Shown here: in pieces, positions 10,001 through 20,847 of the stretch
Layout: each line of letters begins with the position of its first letter
Position numbering within the stretch: the stretch's first letter is position 1
From: an uncultured Candidatus Peribacteria bacterium
GTDB taxonomy: Bacteria > Patescibacteriota > Gracilibacteria > CAIRYL01
DNA length: 64,000 nucleotides
Direction: 5' to 3'
NCBI GenBank assembly: GCA_964532505.1
Contig: CAZHIF010000006.1
Location: 13,558-77,557 of the forward strand
Notes under the pieces: model-generated
The model's database searches: none
What the model saw: only the letters and a program-made list of their open reading frames with translations
What the model was told of the DNA's origin: nothing
Translations under genes and position numbers: made by a program

Positions 10001-10233
10001 GAAATCGCCTCCCTATTTCGATAGACGCGATCGACGCCAATTCTTCCATAAAACGAGTAACCATCAGCATAGATGGAGAAGTTGTGAAAACATTTACTAC
10101 CTCGCCATATCAAATGAATTGGAAGGCAGATCTTCCGGCAGGGACTCACGTTTTGGAGGCAATCGCCCATGACGAAGCTGAAAATGAAAAACGAGTAAGT
10201 CTGAATTTCAAGATTACCGAAGTAGCCCAATAA
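7087..10233 (+). CDS. class A penicillin-binding protein (GT51 transglycosylase + transpeptidase) with C-terminal tandem Ig-like domains
   Basis: GT51 motifs EDADFYNHGG and GASTITQQLVK. Transpeptidase motifs STFK (SxxK), SLN and KTGT. N-terminal TM anchor. Two Ig-like repeats at about 9670..10227. Confidence 0.9.
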   Translation: MSDKLFSRKPITRQSSHFEPPQSNLPHHSSKTPLSEKTKKTAKALFLKFFQLGLFIVLCGFLWIGYTISTTPDIETLSANSFSQPSVILDNSGGTVLYELVGKERRDVVALNDISIHMQHAILAAEDADFYNHGGVSYRGIARAVRDAFIAGRTEGGASTITQQLVKMVVFSKGEESFHEKLQRKIREISLAIEVEKTYDKNQILELYLNKVPFRGNIYGVERASQEFFGKNAKDLTIAESAFLAGLPQAPGRYQRVNKSYIDLTPEEIESLNITDFDDLMSRSNEIKDSFVRGVFGQNWNFAGGKIGYIPGRFDYVLGQMLAKEFISESEAKQAKEEVKNLKFVENKVSLIAPHFVFYVQSQLEDILKEKYGDQAETILYQKGLKIYTTLDSDLQKTMQETFLNASANLDPYNIQNIAGVVLDSKTGAILAMQGSRDFNATEFGGHPFDGQVNVMTSSRQPGSTFKALVYAAAFEQKGLAPATVLMDVKTNLSLNGVPYFPKNFDNTFSGPVSIRKALGSSLNIPAVKAGIIIGIKPLYEFAGKLGIQFTENVNTMGPAMALGAPVVKPLEMAGAYATLANQGKKVTPFAITKVVDASGAMIYEQNMKAEQPQVISPETAFLVSDILSDESGKARPTSWNGSLGGFGRPVAVKTGTSTGVDAKGNTHPHDLWTIGYTPSRVLAVWAGNNKGWEGNPKGFLSDKASGLTNVAPIWRKIMLAVIKGVPAENFVRPAGVKQISVSKLSGKLLPQGFPESLIVNDYFNVKYLPDKQDTSLKYVKLEESSQKLPNEFTPESAVKEYVYVEFHSFFPNNPAWENPVRDWLTSNRATLSENLGIPNIIPFVPKETTEVYSEETQKNAPKITIVSPPNMGTVSPPRITITTNPSSPNGVAAVRIYWDGKIVAQKQEAPWTFIIPVEGTMVGSVHTIKAEVEDNLKYTGEISKQVKIGADTVPPKISFNSPEENTSIASGNRLPISIDAIDANSSIKRVTISIDGEVVKTFTTSPYQMNWKADLPAGTHVLEAIAHDEAENEKRVSLNFKITEVAQ

Positions 10234-10577
10234 AAATAAGCAATGAAATTTTTTTAAAAGAAAATTCATGGGCTCTTTATTCTTTTATCAAAAACTCATT
10301 TTACCTCTCCATACTCTCAACAGCACTCGTAGCCCCTCCTTATTTTTTCAGATACTCCCTCTTCGAAAATCACGAAACAAAAGACATATGTAAAACACCA
10401 CTGCAAGGTCATCACATACTAGCTAAAAGACGAACACATTGTTTACACTTCCTCACGCCACATCATAGAGCCAAAATCTAAACATTGGAATAACTCTTTC
10501 TAAAAAAAATTGGATTCTTTAAAAATTCAATAAAAAAGAAAAAAATAACACAAGAAAGTTTTTTTATTTTCGCATAT

Positions 10578-10622
10578 AAAAAAAGAAGGGGCTTTGTCAT
10601 AAAAAACATGACAACCCCCTTC
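10578..10622 (-). terminator. rho-independent terminator after fusA
   Basis: On the minus strand: GAAGGGGG.TTGTCAT / loop / ATGACAA..CCCCTTC followed by TTTTTTT. Confidence 0.75.
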
Positions 10623-10654
10623 TTATCTGCAGTATCTATTCGATATTAGATAGA

Positions 10655-12748
10655 TTACGCCATTCCTCGTTTCTTTCGAATGTCTTCTGTCACATTTGAA
10701 GGAGCTGGATCGTAGTGAGAAAATTCCATCGAATACGAAGCTCTTCCTTGAGAAAGCGATCGAAGATTGTTTACATATCCAAACATTTCAGAAAGAGGAA
10801 TTTTTGCACGAATCACTTTTGCCGTTCCTCGGTTTGCTGTTTCTTCAATCATTCCTCGTCGAGATGACACATCTCCCATCACATCTCCCAAATAGTCTTC
10901 TGGCGTGGTGATTTCTACTTTCATAATCGGTTCCAAAAGCACAGGTTTTGCTTTTCTTGCTGCATCTTGAAAGGCAATGGATCCTGCTGTTTTGAAGGCA
11001 AATTCTGAAGAATCCACATCATGGTATGACCCATCATAAAGCTCTACTTCGATGTCTACCATAGGATATCCGGCAACGACTCCTTTTTTCATCGCCTCTT
11101 GAACTCCCTTGTCTACCGCTGGAATGTATTCATTAGGAATCTTTCCTCCCACTACAGCGTTTACAAACTTGTATCCCTTCGCCTTTTCTTCTTCTGTTGC
11201 CTTTTCAGAAATCGGCCGAACTCGCATAAGAACATGTCCATATTGCCCTCGTCCTCCTGTCTGCTTTGAGTATTTTTCTTCCACGTTCACTTCCAAATTA
11301 ATTGTTTCTCGGTATGCCACCTGAGGTGCTCCCACTGTGGCTTCCACTCCAAATTCTCGCTTCATTCGGTCTACAATAATTTCAAGATGAAGTTCTCCCA
11401 TTCCAGAAATGATAGTTTGCCCTGTTTCTTCATCTGTTCGAACTCGAAGAGTAGGATCTTCTTCTACTAATTTTGAAAGAGCTGTTCCCATTTTTTCTAA
11501 ATCATTTTTCGTTTTTGCTTCAATAGCAATGTGAATTACTGGTTCTGGGAATACAATTGCTTCCATCGCAACAGGATCTGAATTTTCATCGCAAATAGTG
11601 TCTCCTGTTCGCACATCTTTAAGCCCCACAATCGCTCCAATTCCTCCAGATCGAATTACTTTAATTTCTTCTCGAGAATTGGCGTGCATTTGCACAAGTC
11701 GTCCAATTCGTTCTTTTTTCCCCGTTCGAGTGTTTATTACATAACTTCCTGATTCGATTTGTCCTGAATATACTCGAAAAAAACAAAGCCGTCCGATAAA
11801 TGGATCGGTTGCAATTTTAAAGACTACTCCTCGAAGTTCTTTTCCATTTGGAGAAACAATCACTTCTTCTTCTGTTTTGATACTAGTTGCTTTAATTTCA
11901 GGAACATCTAATGGAGATGGAAGGTAGTCTTGTACTCCGTCTAGCAATAATTGAACTCCTAGATTTCGAAGAGAAGAACCACAGTACACAAGGTATAGCT
12001 TGTTTTGGCAAACTCCTTTTCGAAGAGCTGCTTTTAGTTCTGCCAGTTCTACTGTTTGTCCTTCTAGCACTTTTTCCATGATTGCTTCATCAAAATCAGC
12101 AGCTTTTTCAATAAGAGCTTCACGAGCAGTAGCTACTGCATCTTTCATGTTTTCTGGAATAGCAATTTCTTTAATAATTTCCCCAGATTTCCCTTCAAAA
12201 GTAAATGCTTTTTCATTTACAATATCAACAATTCCAGAAAATTCACTTTCTTCTCCAATTGGAAGCTGCACTGGAAATGCATCTTTTGTAAGTCTTGTAT
12301 GAATAGATTTGATACACATTTGAAAATCAGCACCTGTTTTATCCATTTTATTTACAAATGCAATTCGAGGAACTCGATATTTATCAGCTTGTCTCCAAAC
12401 AGTTTCTGATTGTGGCTCTACTCCTTGAGAACCATCAAATACGGCAACACCTCCGTCCAACACTCGAAGAGATCGTTCTACTTCTACGGTAAAATCAACG
12501 TGTCCTGGAGTATCAATAATGTTAATTTGAACATTTTTCCACCGGCAGAAAGTAGCGGCAGATGTAATGGTAATTCCTCGTTCTTGCTCTTGTTCCATCC
12601 AGTCCATCGTTGCAGCTCCGTCATGTACTTCTCCAATTTTGTGAGTTACCCCTGTATAAAAAAGGATACGCTCTGTAGTGGTAGTTTTCCCCGCATCAAT
12701 GTGGGCAATGATTCCGATGTTTCGGATAAGCGAAAGGTCTTGTGCCAT
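10655..12748 (-). CDS. fusA: elongation factor G (stand-alone, not in an rpsL-rpsG-fusA-tuf cluster)
   Basis: G1 [16 protein letters not shown]3 DTPGHVDF, G4 NKMD; 697 aa, five-domain length. Confidence 0.9.
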   Translation of the reverse strand: MAQDLSLIRNIGIIAHIDAGKTTTTERILFYTGVTHKIGEVHDGAATMDWMEQEQERGITITSAATFCRWKNVQINIIDTPGHVDFTVEVERSLRVLDGGVAVFDGSQGVEPQSETVWRQADKYRVPRIAFVNKMDKTGADFQMCIKSIHTRLTKDAFPVQLPIGEESEFSGIVDIVNEKAFTFEGKSGEIIKEIAIPENMKDAVATAREALIEKAADFDEAIMEKVLEGQTVELAELKAALRKGVCQNKLYLVYCGSSLRNLGVQLLLDGVQDYLPSPLDVPEIKATSIKTEEEVIVSPNGKELRGVVFKIATDPFIGRLCFFRVYSGQIESGSYVINTRTGKKERIGRLVQMHANSREEIKVIRSGGIGAIVGLKDVRTGDTICDENSDPVAMEAIVFPEPVIHIAIEAKTKNDLEKMGTALSKLVEEDPTLRVRTDEETGQTIISGMGELHLEIIVDRMKREFGVEATVGAPQVAYRETINLEVNVEEKYSKQTGGRGQYGHVLMRVRPISEKATEEEKAKGYKFVNAVVGGKIPNEYIPAVDKGVQEAMKKGVVAGYPMVDIEVELYDGSYHDVDSSEFAFKTAGSIAFQDAARKAKPVLLEPIMKVEITTPEDYLGDVMGDVSSRRGMIEETANRGTAKVIRAKIPLSEMFGYVNNLRSLSQGRASYSMEFSHYDPAPSNVTEDIRKKRGMA

Positions 12749-12811
12749 AAAATATCTGTAAAAAATCCTAGCCAGTATACCAGCGTTTTTTTATTTGGCA
12801 AATTATTTTTA

Positions 12812-12841
12812 TTGCAAAGAGGCTATTTCTTGTAGTACAAT
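12812..12841 (+). promoter_or_regulatory. sigma70-like promoter TTGCAA-N18-TACAAT
   Basis: -35 at 12812..12817 and -10 at 12836..12841, 34 nt upstream of ATG 12876. Confidence 0.4.
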
Positions 12842-12875
12842 GGTCTGATAACATTATTTTTTAACAAATAACTAT

Positions 12876-13499
12876 ATGGATCACAATACTCGAAATGCTT
12901 TTGAAAAGCGTATTTCCGAAAGCAATGTTGCTACATCAAAAACATACGTTTCTCGAATAGGGGGATTTATGGAAAAGAATGGTCTTTTGGTGGGAGGGGT
13001 TTCTCTGGGGCTGGGTATGATGATGATAGGAGGTTCGTTTTTGGGGAATAGCCTTCCTCAGCTCAAAGCAGAGCTCTTAGGAAACACTGCGCCAACCCCC
13101 AGCACAGCAGAAAGCCTTGTGGTCGCCACTCCACCTCTCACGACCGCAGAAAGTGCCAGCACTGCAGCAACTGCAAACCGTTCCGATGATACTGCTACGA
13201 GTGAAGTAAAAACTGCAAGCTCAAGCTCAAGTTCAAGTTCAACCTCGGCGCCAACTACTTCATCGGCAGATACTGCTACCAGCAGTGTGCAAACAGAAGT
13301 GGTAACGTCATATGCAGATCCTGTATTTACCACAAAAAGTATTGCCACTCCAGAAGTAGAAATGGCACTCCCTGCACCTGAGCCAGTAGCAGTAGCAGGA
13401 GTTCCTGCAGGATTATTGCAGGCAAGCGAAGAAGGATTGAAACAAGCACTGGAAAATAAAGAGCCTGAAGTGATTCCAGGGGAAGCTATTGGGCAATAA
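12876..13499 (+). CDS. hypothetical membrane-anchored Ser/Thr/Ala-rich protein
   Basis: One TM (LLVGGVSLGLGMMMIGGSFLG) followed by a low-complexity T/S/A tract including SSSSSSSS. Lies directly upstream of the 1314-aa ORF. Confidence 0.5.
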   Translation: MDHNTRNAFEKRISESNVATSKTYVSRIGGFMEKNGLLVGGVSLGLGMMMIGGSFLGNSLPQLKAELLGNTAPTPSTAESLVVATPPLTTAESASTAATANRSDDTATSEVKTASSSSSSSSTSAPTTSSADTATSSVQTEVVTSYADPVFTTKSIATPEVEMALPAPEPVAVAGVPAGLLQASEEGLKQALENKEPEVIPGEAIGQ

Positions 13500-13529
13500 T
13501 TTTTATACTTTATTGTATTATTTATTCAT

Positions 13530-16500
13530 ATGAAACCATACACACATACATTTGAAGGATTTTTGGAGAAAAGGATGGTGTTTAATAATGGCGAAGGATT
13601 TAATGAAATATTTGATTATCAAAAAGAAACGCCTAGCAATATTGCACGACAAACAACAGAACAGCTTCAGCAAAGCCAAGACAAAATGCTTACACAACCA
13701 AGCCAAGTCCCTGTGGAAATAGCATATAAAGCCACTGGGAATGAAATTCCTGAAAATAATTATCCACAAAAAACAATTGAAAAAATAGCAGGATATAATC
13801 TTGCTTCTTATCATATGCCAAAAGATATGGCTGTTACCGATAATTTTCCAGAAGCACTAACCGATGATTTTCCAGAAGCACTAAGGGTGTTAAATTTGGT
13901 GGCAAGCTATGTACCTCCTGAAGAGCGACATAAAATAGTTAATGGAAATGAATATTTACCCGAGATTGCACAGGCTGTTTTAATGAATATACATAAAGAT
14001 CCAAAGAGTTCAGCTTTTAATGCTATTAATGATCATATTTCTCTTGCTGCTGCAGAAAAAGCAAGATCTTTGTATGTAGCAGATAAAAATGAAAATGGGC
14101 AAATTGATAGTTCTTACTACACCGTACCAAGAGCAACCATTGGTCCTTTTTCTTTTGGAAAAAAGCATATACCAGTTTCCAATGCAGGGGATTCATCTGT
14201 TGCACAAGGAAATATAGTACAAGAAGGAAATATGTTTACAGATACTGGCGTTAAGCAATCAATCTTTGGAGGAGTCCCAGAAAATGAGAACCATCAAATT
14301 AGCCAAGAGCTATACTACGCAGGACGCGCTGCTTTGGAAGCAGAATTAAATGATGATAATAATAGCTCAAATGGTTCAAACAATTGGGGTGAAGAAATTG
14401 GATTTACACCATACAATAAAGCAAGAAATACTCTTAATAGAAATAATTTTTCAGAAATTGCTCGAATGGGATATAAAGTACTTGGAGAAAAAGAAGGAAA
14501 CCTTCGAGCAATGGGAGCTGCTGTCAATAATTTGGTTAAGGGAAATGAAAACACTTCAGGAATTTCTATTCCAGAAGGAATCCAAAAACTCAACCCATCA
14601 GAAAAAGAAGCATTTTTATCAGCCTTACAAAATGGATGTTTTACAAACCAAAGATTTAACCAAATGGCAGAAGCGGGAGGAATTGGTATCATCATTGAAA
14701 ATGCTTCTATGAAGGATATAGATGTTCCTCAAGATGAAGTTGAAAGAAGTATTGAAAAAATAGTGAGTACAGGAGACTGGAAAATGATTGAAGAGAAAAT
14801 TACAGTAGATAACAGCTCTACATTGGTTAAAACAGAAAATAATGGAAAAGTAATTACCTATACCTATGAAGATAAAACTATAACGATAAAAGAAACAACA
14901 GAAGGTCGAGTGATTACCACTACCACGAATGAAAGAGTTACTACTACTACATACAAAAAAAACAGCCCTCCTCAAAAAGTTCATTTTGTTCTCCCTGCAT
15001 CTTTAGATCTTGGAGGCGGGAATAGTCTTTCTGCTGCGAATATTTTAAATCCAAAAGATTTTGGAATTGCTCTTCGGCATACGTTTGAAGGAGGGTCTTC
15101 TGTATGGGCAGATACCAAAGGAAATGTGGGAGGAACCTTACGAACAGAATTTGAAGGAGGATCTGCCTATTTTGGAGCAGACATGGGCTTGGTTGATCAA
15201 TTTACACAAGGGGGGGTGAATATTGTGGCAGGTACTGAACTGGAGAGCCAAGAATGGAAAACAAAATTTGAAGCAGGAATGAAAAATGGAGATATAGCAT
15301 CTTTGAAAATGGGACTTGAAAGAAACCTTGGCAATCCAAATTCTTTGATCAATAGAAATCTAAAAGAAAAATATAACGAACTGTATCATAACGATAATGC
15401 AGTAATACAATATTGGCAATCAAGAGGAACACCCGCTCATAATCCTCCAACAACTGGAGAACGACAAAGCGCAGCTTATGATTTGGCAACAAAGGCAATG
15501 TCAAAAGGATTATTTAAGCTTTATGGAGCAGAAGCTTCCCTTACCCCAAGTTCTCTTGGAGTAATGCTAAAATTTGTGTATGGAGTAGAGCGACAACAGC
15601 GTATTATGGGAATAGATCCAAAAATTCTTTCATCTCTCGAAAATAAATATCTCCAAATGGCAGCAAATGGGCAATTGGACAATAGAGAACTTCTGAATAA
15701 GAAACTTTCTATAGAAGATTTTTGTGAAAACGGAATGTGTAGAATCCTTCCTAAAAATATCCTTACAGATTTTCAAAATAAGGGGTATCAAAAAGTTCGA
15801 ATTTTTGGAAAAGGGGGTATTCCAAGTTCACTTGAATCCATTCCTCAAGAACAATTTGGTGAAAAGCCACCATTATTGGTAGTGAGAAATGGAAATGATG
15901 GAGTCCCTGTGATAGATGTGTCAGATGAGTTTGGTATGGGACAAGATGTTGCTTTTGGATACGAATATAATCCCACAACAAATCAAGCACAAATAATTCC
16001 AAATGTAAATGAATTTTATGCAGCCAATTGCACCGTACCATCACAAAACAATAGTGCATCATTATTAGGAGAAAATACTGTAGAAACAGGAAGAGGAGTG
16101 CATACAATAGCACCTCAAGAGATAAATGAAGCAGTGCTTTCTGAAATGGACGCTGTGAGAGATTCTATGGTTCAAAAAATGAAAACAAATCCAGGCCTCA
16201 AAAAAATGATAATGGATTTTGAGGGAACATCTCTCAATGCTTTTTCTAATAGTACAAGCGATGAATTTAAACAATCTGTAGAAAGAATAAGAAAAACATT
16301 TAATATTTCCACTTCTCTTTCTGATAATGCACTGGCCACTGTAGCATTTAAAGCTCGAATGAAAGCAAGTGGAAAAGAAGATTTTGAATCACGTATAAAT
16401 TATGCCCAAAGTAGTGGATTTATTACACAAGCTGAAAAAATGACAGGTGAAGCAAATATTTTACAACTCCTACAATCTGGAACAGAAAGCTTTAGATTAA

Positions 16501-17474
16501 GAGGTGGATCAGGAGGAATAGCAAATCGGTTTGATAGAAATGATACAAGCATAGATCACGCATACGAAGCAGGAGGAATTCAGCTTGTAAAAGCATCTCG
16601 GAAAGAAACAGAAATGACCGATCCAAGAACTGGGAAAACAGAAAAATGTTATCTCGTCACTGGATTTATAGAAGAATGTAATAACGCATTTGTTGGATTT
16701 GAACCATTTTCTCAAGAAGAATATGTGAATACAAAAAAAGAATATACAGGAGCAATTATCGAAGGATATGATGCTACGTATTATGATTATGTTCACCAGT
16801 TTAAAACTTTTTCTTTGAATATTTTAGGACTTCAAGGGGTTCCAACTATTTCAAAAGAAGTTTCTACTATTGTTAATCCTACAATAGATACTCAAAATGA
16901 AATAAGAAATAACAGTGAAACATATTCCCACACATTAATTAGAACAAGAACCGAGACGCCTACACCTCCGCCACCTCCACCTGAAACTCCTCCACCAACT
17001 CTACCTGAAACTCCTCCTCCACCTCCACCGCCTGGGCCTCGTAAGGGAGAGCCACCAAAACCAATAGCACCAGGTCAGCCAGGAGGGCCTTTACAACCAG
17101 GTCAGCCAGGAGGACCTACTATCCCAGTGGAACCACCCGCCCCAGGAATTCCTGGATCACCAAATCCAATTCCACCGGGCTCAAATCCGCTTCCTCCCAA
17201 TTATACTCCAGAACAGCCGCCTCCACCCCCTACACCAGCACCACCAACTGCTCCAGTAGCCCCTGTTCAACCTCCTGCAGTGCCCCCATCTGTTCCTGTT
17301 CCTATTACAGTGACACCAGAAGGACCAGTGGTTACACCACCTGTTATTGCTCCACCAGCTCCACCAGCTGCCCCAGCCCCCATCGGAAATGTAACAGTGA
17401 CACCAGTGGTTCAAGCGCCACCACCCGTAATGCAACCTCCAACAGGTTTTGCAGCAGTGTTTCCAGGGCAATAA
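13530..17474 (+). CDS. hypothetical 1314-aa protein with C-terminal proline-rich region
   Basis: Single uninterrupted ORF with no signal peptide, TM or known motif recognised. Last 174 aa (16950..17471) are Pro-rich (PPPPPPETPPP, PGQPGGP x2). Confidence 0.6.
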   Translation: MKPYTHTFEGFLEKRMVFNNGEGFNEIFDYQKETPSNIARQTTEQLQQSQDKMLTQPSQVPVEIAYKATGNEIPENNYPQKTIEKIAGYNLASYHMPKDMAVTDNFPEALTDDFPEALRVLNLVASYVPPEERHKIVNGNEYLPEIAQAVLMNIHKDPKSSAFNAINDHISLAAAEKARSLYVADKNENGQIDSSYYTVPRATIGPFSFGKKHIPVSNAGDSSVAQGNIVQEGNMFTDTGVKQSIFGGVPENENHQISQELYYAGRAALEAELNDDNNSSNGSNNWGEEIGFTPYNKARNTLNRNNFSEIARMGYKVLGEKEGNLRAMGAAVNNLVKGNENTSGISIPEGIQKLNPSEKEAFLSALQNGCFTNQRFNQMAEAGGIGIIIENASMKDIDVPQDEVERSIEKIVSTGDWKMIEEKITVDNSSTLVKTENNGKVITYTYEDKTITIKETTEGRVITTTTNERVTTTTYKKNSPPQKVHFVLPASLDLGGGNSLSAANILNPKDFGIALRHTFEGGSSVWADTKGNVGGTLRTEFEGGSAYFGADMGLVDQFTQGGVNIVAGTELESQEWKTKFEAGMKNGDIASLKMGLERNLGNPNSLINRNLKEKYNELYHNDNAVIQYWQSRGTPAHNPPTTGERQSAAYDLATKAMSKGLFKLYGAEASLTPSSLGVMLKFVYGVERQQRIMGIDPKILSSLENKYLQMAANGQLDNRELLNKKLSIEDFCENGMCRILPKNILTDFQNKGYQKVRIFGKGGIPSSLESIPQEQFGEKPPLLVVRNGNDGVPVIDVSDEFGMGQDVAFGYEYNPTTNQAQIIPNVNEFYAANCTVPSQNNSASLLGENTVETGRGVHTIAPQEINEAVLSEMDAVRDSMVQKMKTNPGLKKMIMDFEGTSLNAFSNSTSDEFKQSVERIRKTFNISTSLSDNALATVAFKARMKASGKEDFESRINYAQSSGFITQAEKMTGEANILQLLQSGTESFRLRGGSGGIANRFDRNDTSIDHAYEAGGIQLVKASRKETEMTDPRTGKTEKCYLVTGFIEECNNAFVGFEPFSQEEYVNTKKEYTGAIIEGYDATYYDYVHQFKTFSLNILGLQGVPTISKEVSTIVNPTIDTQNEIRNNSETYSHTLIRTRTETPTPPPPPPETPPPTLPETPPPPPPPGPRKGEPPKPIAPGQPGGPLQPGQPGGPTIPVEPPAPGIPGSPNPIPPGSNPLPPNYTPEQPPPPPTPAPPTAPVAPVQPPAVPPSVPVPITVTPEGPVVTPPVIAPPAPPAAPAPIGNVTVTPVVQAPPPVMQPPTGFAAVFPGQ
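13837..13884 (+). repeat. 24-nt tandem duplication (2 copies, 1 mismatch) inside the 1314-aa ORF
   Basis: ccgataattttccagaagcactaa / ccgatgattttccagaagcactaa, encoding DNFPEALT-DDFPEALR. Confidence 0.9.
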
Positions 17475-17484
17475 ATAATTTTTC

Positions 17485-17520
17485 AAAAACAACCTTCCAC
17501 TCAGAAGGTTGTTTTTATTT
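17485..17520 (+). terminator. rho-independent terminator after the 1314-aa ORF
   Basis: AAAAACAACCTTC / CACTCA / GAAGGTTGTTTTT: a 13-bp stem, then ATTT. Confidence 0.7.
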
Positions 17521-17568
17521 TACCTGCAAGGTGTTATCACCTAAAAACATTGTTTCAGGAAATGAAAA

Positions 17569-18660
<1,092 letters not shown>

Positions 18661-18933
18661 TTAAAGTGTAGCACAAAAGATATCTTCTTTTTCTTTCTCT
18701 TTTTTGTAAAACAGGAAAAAATCCTTGAAAAAAAGAAAAAATAGTATATAAAAATCACTAAAAAATGTATATCAAATTTCCCAAAAACACCTATTTTCAG
18801 GAATTGAAGCAAAAAACATCTCAATCTCTACAAGAAAGAGGGAATATTTGCACATCCTTTCTTTTTATAAAAATTGGTGCATTTTACAGAAGTTCCTAAA
18901 TATCAACAAATCTGAAATAATCGCTTATTTTTA

Positions 18934-19602
18934 CTACATTTCTCTTTTTCCAAACACCCCACTCCCCACTCTCACAATCGTTGCGCCTGCCATCAATGCC
19001 AGTTGGTAGTCTCCACTCATTCCCATTGAAATCTCTCTAAACCCCTCTCCTAAATTTTTTTTAACAGTATCAAACACTCTTTTCATAGCTTTATAAAACA
19101 TCAAAATAGCTTCAGGAGAAAGATGATTGGCAAGAATGGTAAAAAGCCCCGTAATGCGAACAGATTTCAGCGGATGCTCTTTGATATATGCAAAGACGTC
19201 TGGCAAATGTTCCATAAAAAATCCACTCTTCGCTTCATCTTCCGAAATATTGATATGCAAAAAAACATCTATTTTTTTTTCTTCTTCTGTAGCAATACGA
19301 TCGATTTCATAGAGCAATTCAAGAGAATCAACAGATTCGATACACGAAAAAATCTGCAGTGTTTTTCGGATTTTATTCTTCTGCAAATGTCCAATAAAAT
19401 GCTTTGGATTGGGCAAAGAAAGCAAAAACTCTTTTCTATCTTCTGCTTCTTGCACTCGGTTTTCAGAAAGAATGATGTGTGGATTGATGCACGCGGATTG
19501 AATGGATGCAATCGATTGCGTTTTAATTGCAAGCGAAAGCCTTGCATGATGCTGGGTGCACTGAAAAAAAATATCAGAAGTTCGTTTCGCAATAGAGTTC
19601 AT
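18934..19602 (-). CDS. yggS: YggS-family pyridoxal-phosphate homeostasis protein
   Basis: PLP-lysine context LAIKTQS; C-terminal ISMGMSGDYQLALMAGATIVRVGSGVFG. ATG at 19602 (MNSIAKR) preferred over the longer ORF. Confidence 0.8.
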   Translation of the reverse strand: MNSIAKRTSDIFFQCTQHHARLSLAIKTQSIASIQSACINPHIILSENRVQEAEDRKEFLLSLPNPKHFIGHLQKNKIRKTLQIFSCIESVDSLELLYEIDRIATEEEKKIDVFLHINISEDEAKSGFFMEHLPDVFAYIKEHPLKSVRITGLFTILANHLSPEAILMFYKAMKRVFDTVKKNLGEGFREISMGMSGDYQLALMAGATIVRVGSGVFGKREM

Positions 19603-19663
19603 GAAAAGAAAATCGAAAATAATAGCCAAAAGATGCTACCATTGCAGTATTGATTTTTGAAAC

Positions 19664-20746
19664 ATGAAAATGAACGAGACAACTCTTTTTTGGGCGATGG
19701 TGGACGGAATGCGCGCAAGCACCAGTACCCTGCTGTTGGAGCAATTTGGATCGCTTGCAAATATTCCTAAAGACCTCTCCAGTGCCGACTTACAATCCTT
19801 GGGAATGGCTGAACGAAGCGCCACACCTTTGGCGCAAAAAATGGCAAGTGTCAACCTGCAAAAAGCAGAAGACGTGATGCACACCAAGGGGCTATCGGTG
19901 ATGAGTTTTGAAGACGAAGAGTTTCCCTTTGCACTGAAGAACATTGCAGATGCACCACTTTTTCTGTTTTACAAAGGAGATATTTCTCTTCTGGCAAAAA
20001 GAATGTTTGCCGTGGTGGGAACTCGTTCTCCAAGCCTAGATGGGAAATATGCAGTGGAAACCATTGTGCCACCACTCGTTTCTGCTGGGATGACAATTGT
20101 TTCAGGAATGGCAATGGGGGTTGATACGTTGGCGCACCACGCCGCTCTCAAGGCACATGGAACAACTATTGCGTTTTTGGGAAGCGGACTGGATATGATC
20201 TATCCAAGTTCAAATCATCAGCTTTTTAGTGAAATCGTGCAAAATGGAATTGTGTTTTCTGAATTTCCATTGGGCACCAGACCAGAAGCCTATAATTTTC
20301 CTCGGCGCAATCGGCTTGTTTCTGGAATTTCAGAAGGAGTGATGATCGTGGAGGGAAAAGAAAAATCGGGATCCCTTATTACAGCAGATTTTGGCATGGA
20401 GCAAGGAAAAGAAATATTTGCCGTACCTGGAAGCATTCGCAATCCGCTTTCTGCAGGTCCGCATAAACTCATTGCAGATGGGGCTACTCTGGTACAAAGT
20501 GCAGACGATATTCTTTCGGTCTTTGGAATGTGTGCAAGTTCCAAAAAACCAACCTCTGCTGATCCTTTGGCACTTGACCCTGTGCAGAAAAAAATTTACG
20601 AACAGCTTTCTCACACTCCTCTTCCCTTTGATATATTGATGCAAAAATTGGGAATGACTTCTGCAGAGCTTTCTTCTGTTCTGATGATGATGATGCTTTT
20701 GGGAGTGGCAGAAGAAGTGGGCGGAAGTGCATGGGTGAAAAAATAA
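19664..20746 (+). CDS. dprA: DNA processing protein DprA (Smf)
   Basis: VVGTRSPS..G...., VSGMAMGVDTLAHHAAL, AFLGSGLDMIYP, NFPRRNRLVSG, SGSLITA; C-terminal winged-helix-like tail. Confidence 0.85.
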   Translation: MKMNETTLFWAMVDGMRASTSTLLLEQFGSLANIPKDLSSADLQSLGMAERSATPLAQKMASVNLQKAEDVMHTKGLSVMSFEDEEFPFALKNIADAPLFLFYKGDISLLAKRMFAVVGTRSPSLDGKYAVETIVPPLVSAGMTIVSGMAMGVDTLAHHAALKAHGTTIAFLGSGLDMIYPSSNHQLFSEIVQNGIVFSEFPLGTRPEAYNFPRRNRLVSGISEGVMIVEGKEKSGSLITADFGMEQGKEIFAVPGSIRNPLSAGPHKLIADGATLVQSADDILSVFGMCASSKKPTSADPLALDPVQKKIYEQLSHTPLPFDILMQKLGMTSAELSSVLMMMMLLGVAEEVGGSAWVKK

Positions 20747-20847
20747 AAAAATAAAAAATGTGGTAAAAAATCCCCTTTTTTTTTTCATGAAAACTTGTAC
20801 AATACAAAATGTTTTAAACAGTTGTGTTTTTTAACTTTGGTTTTTTT

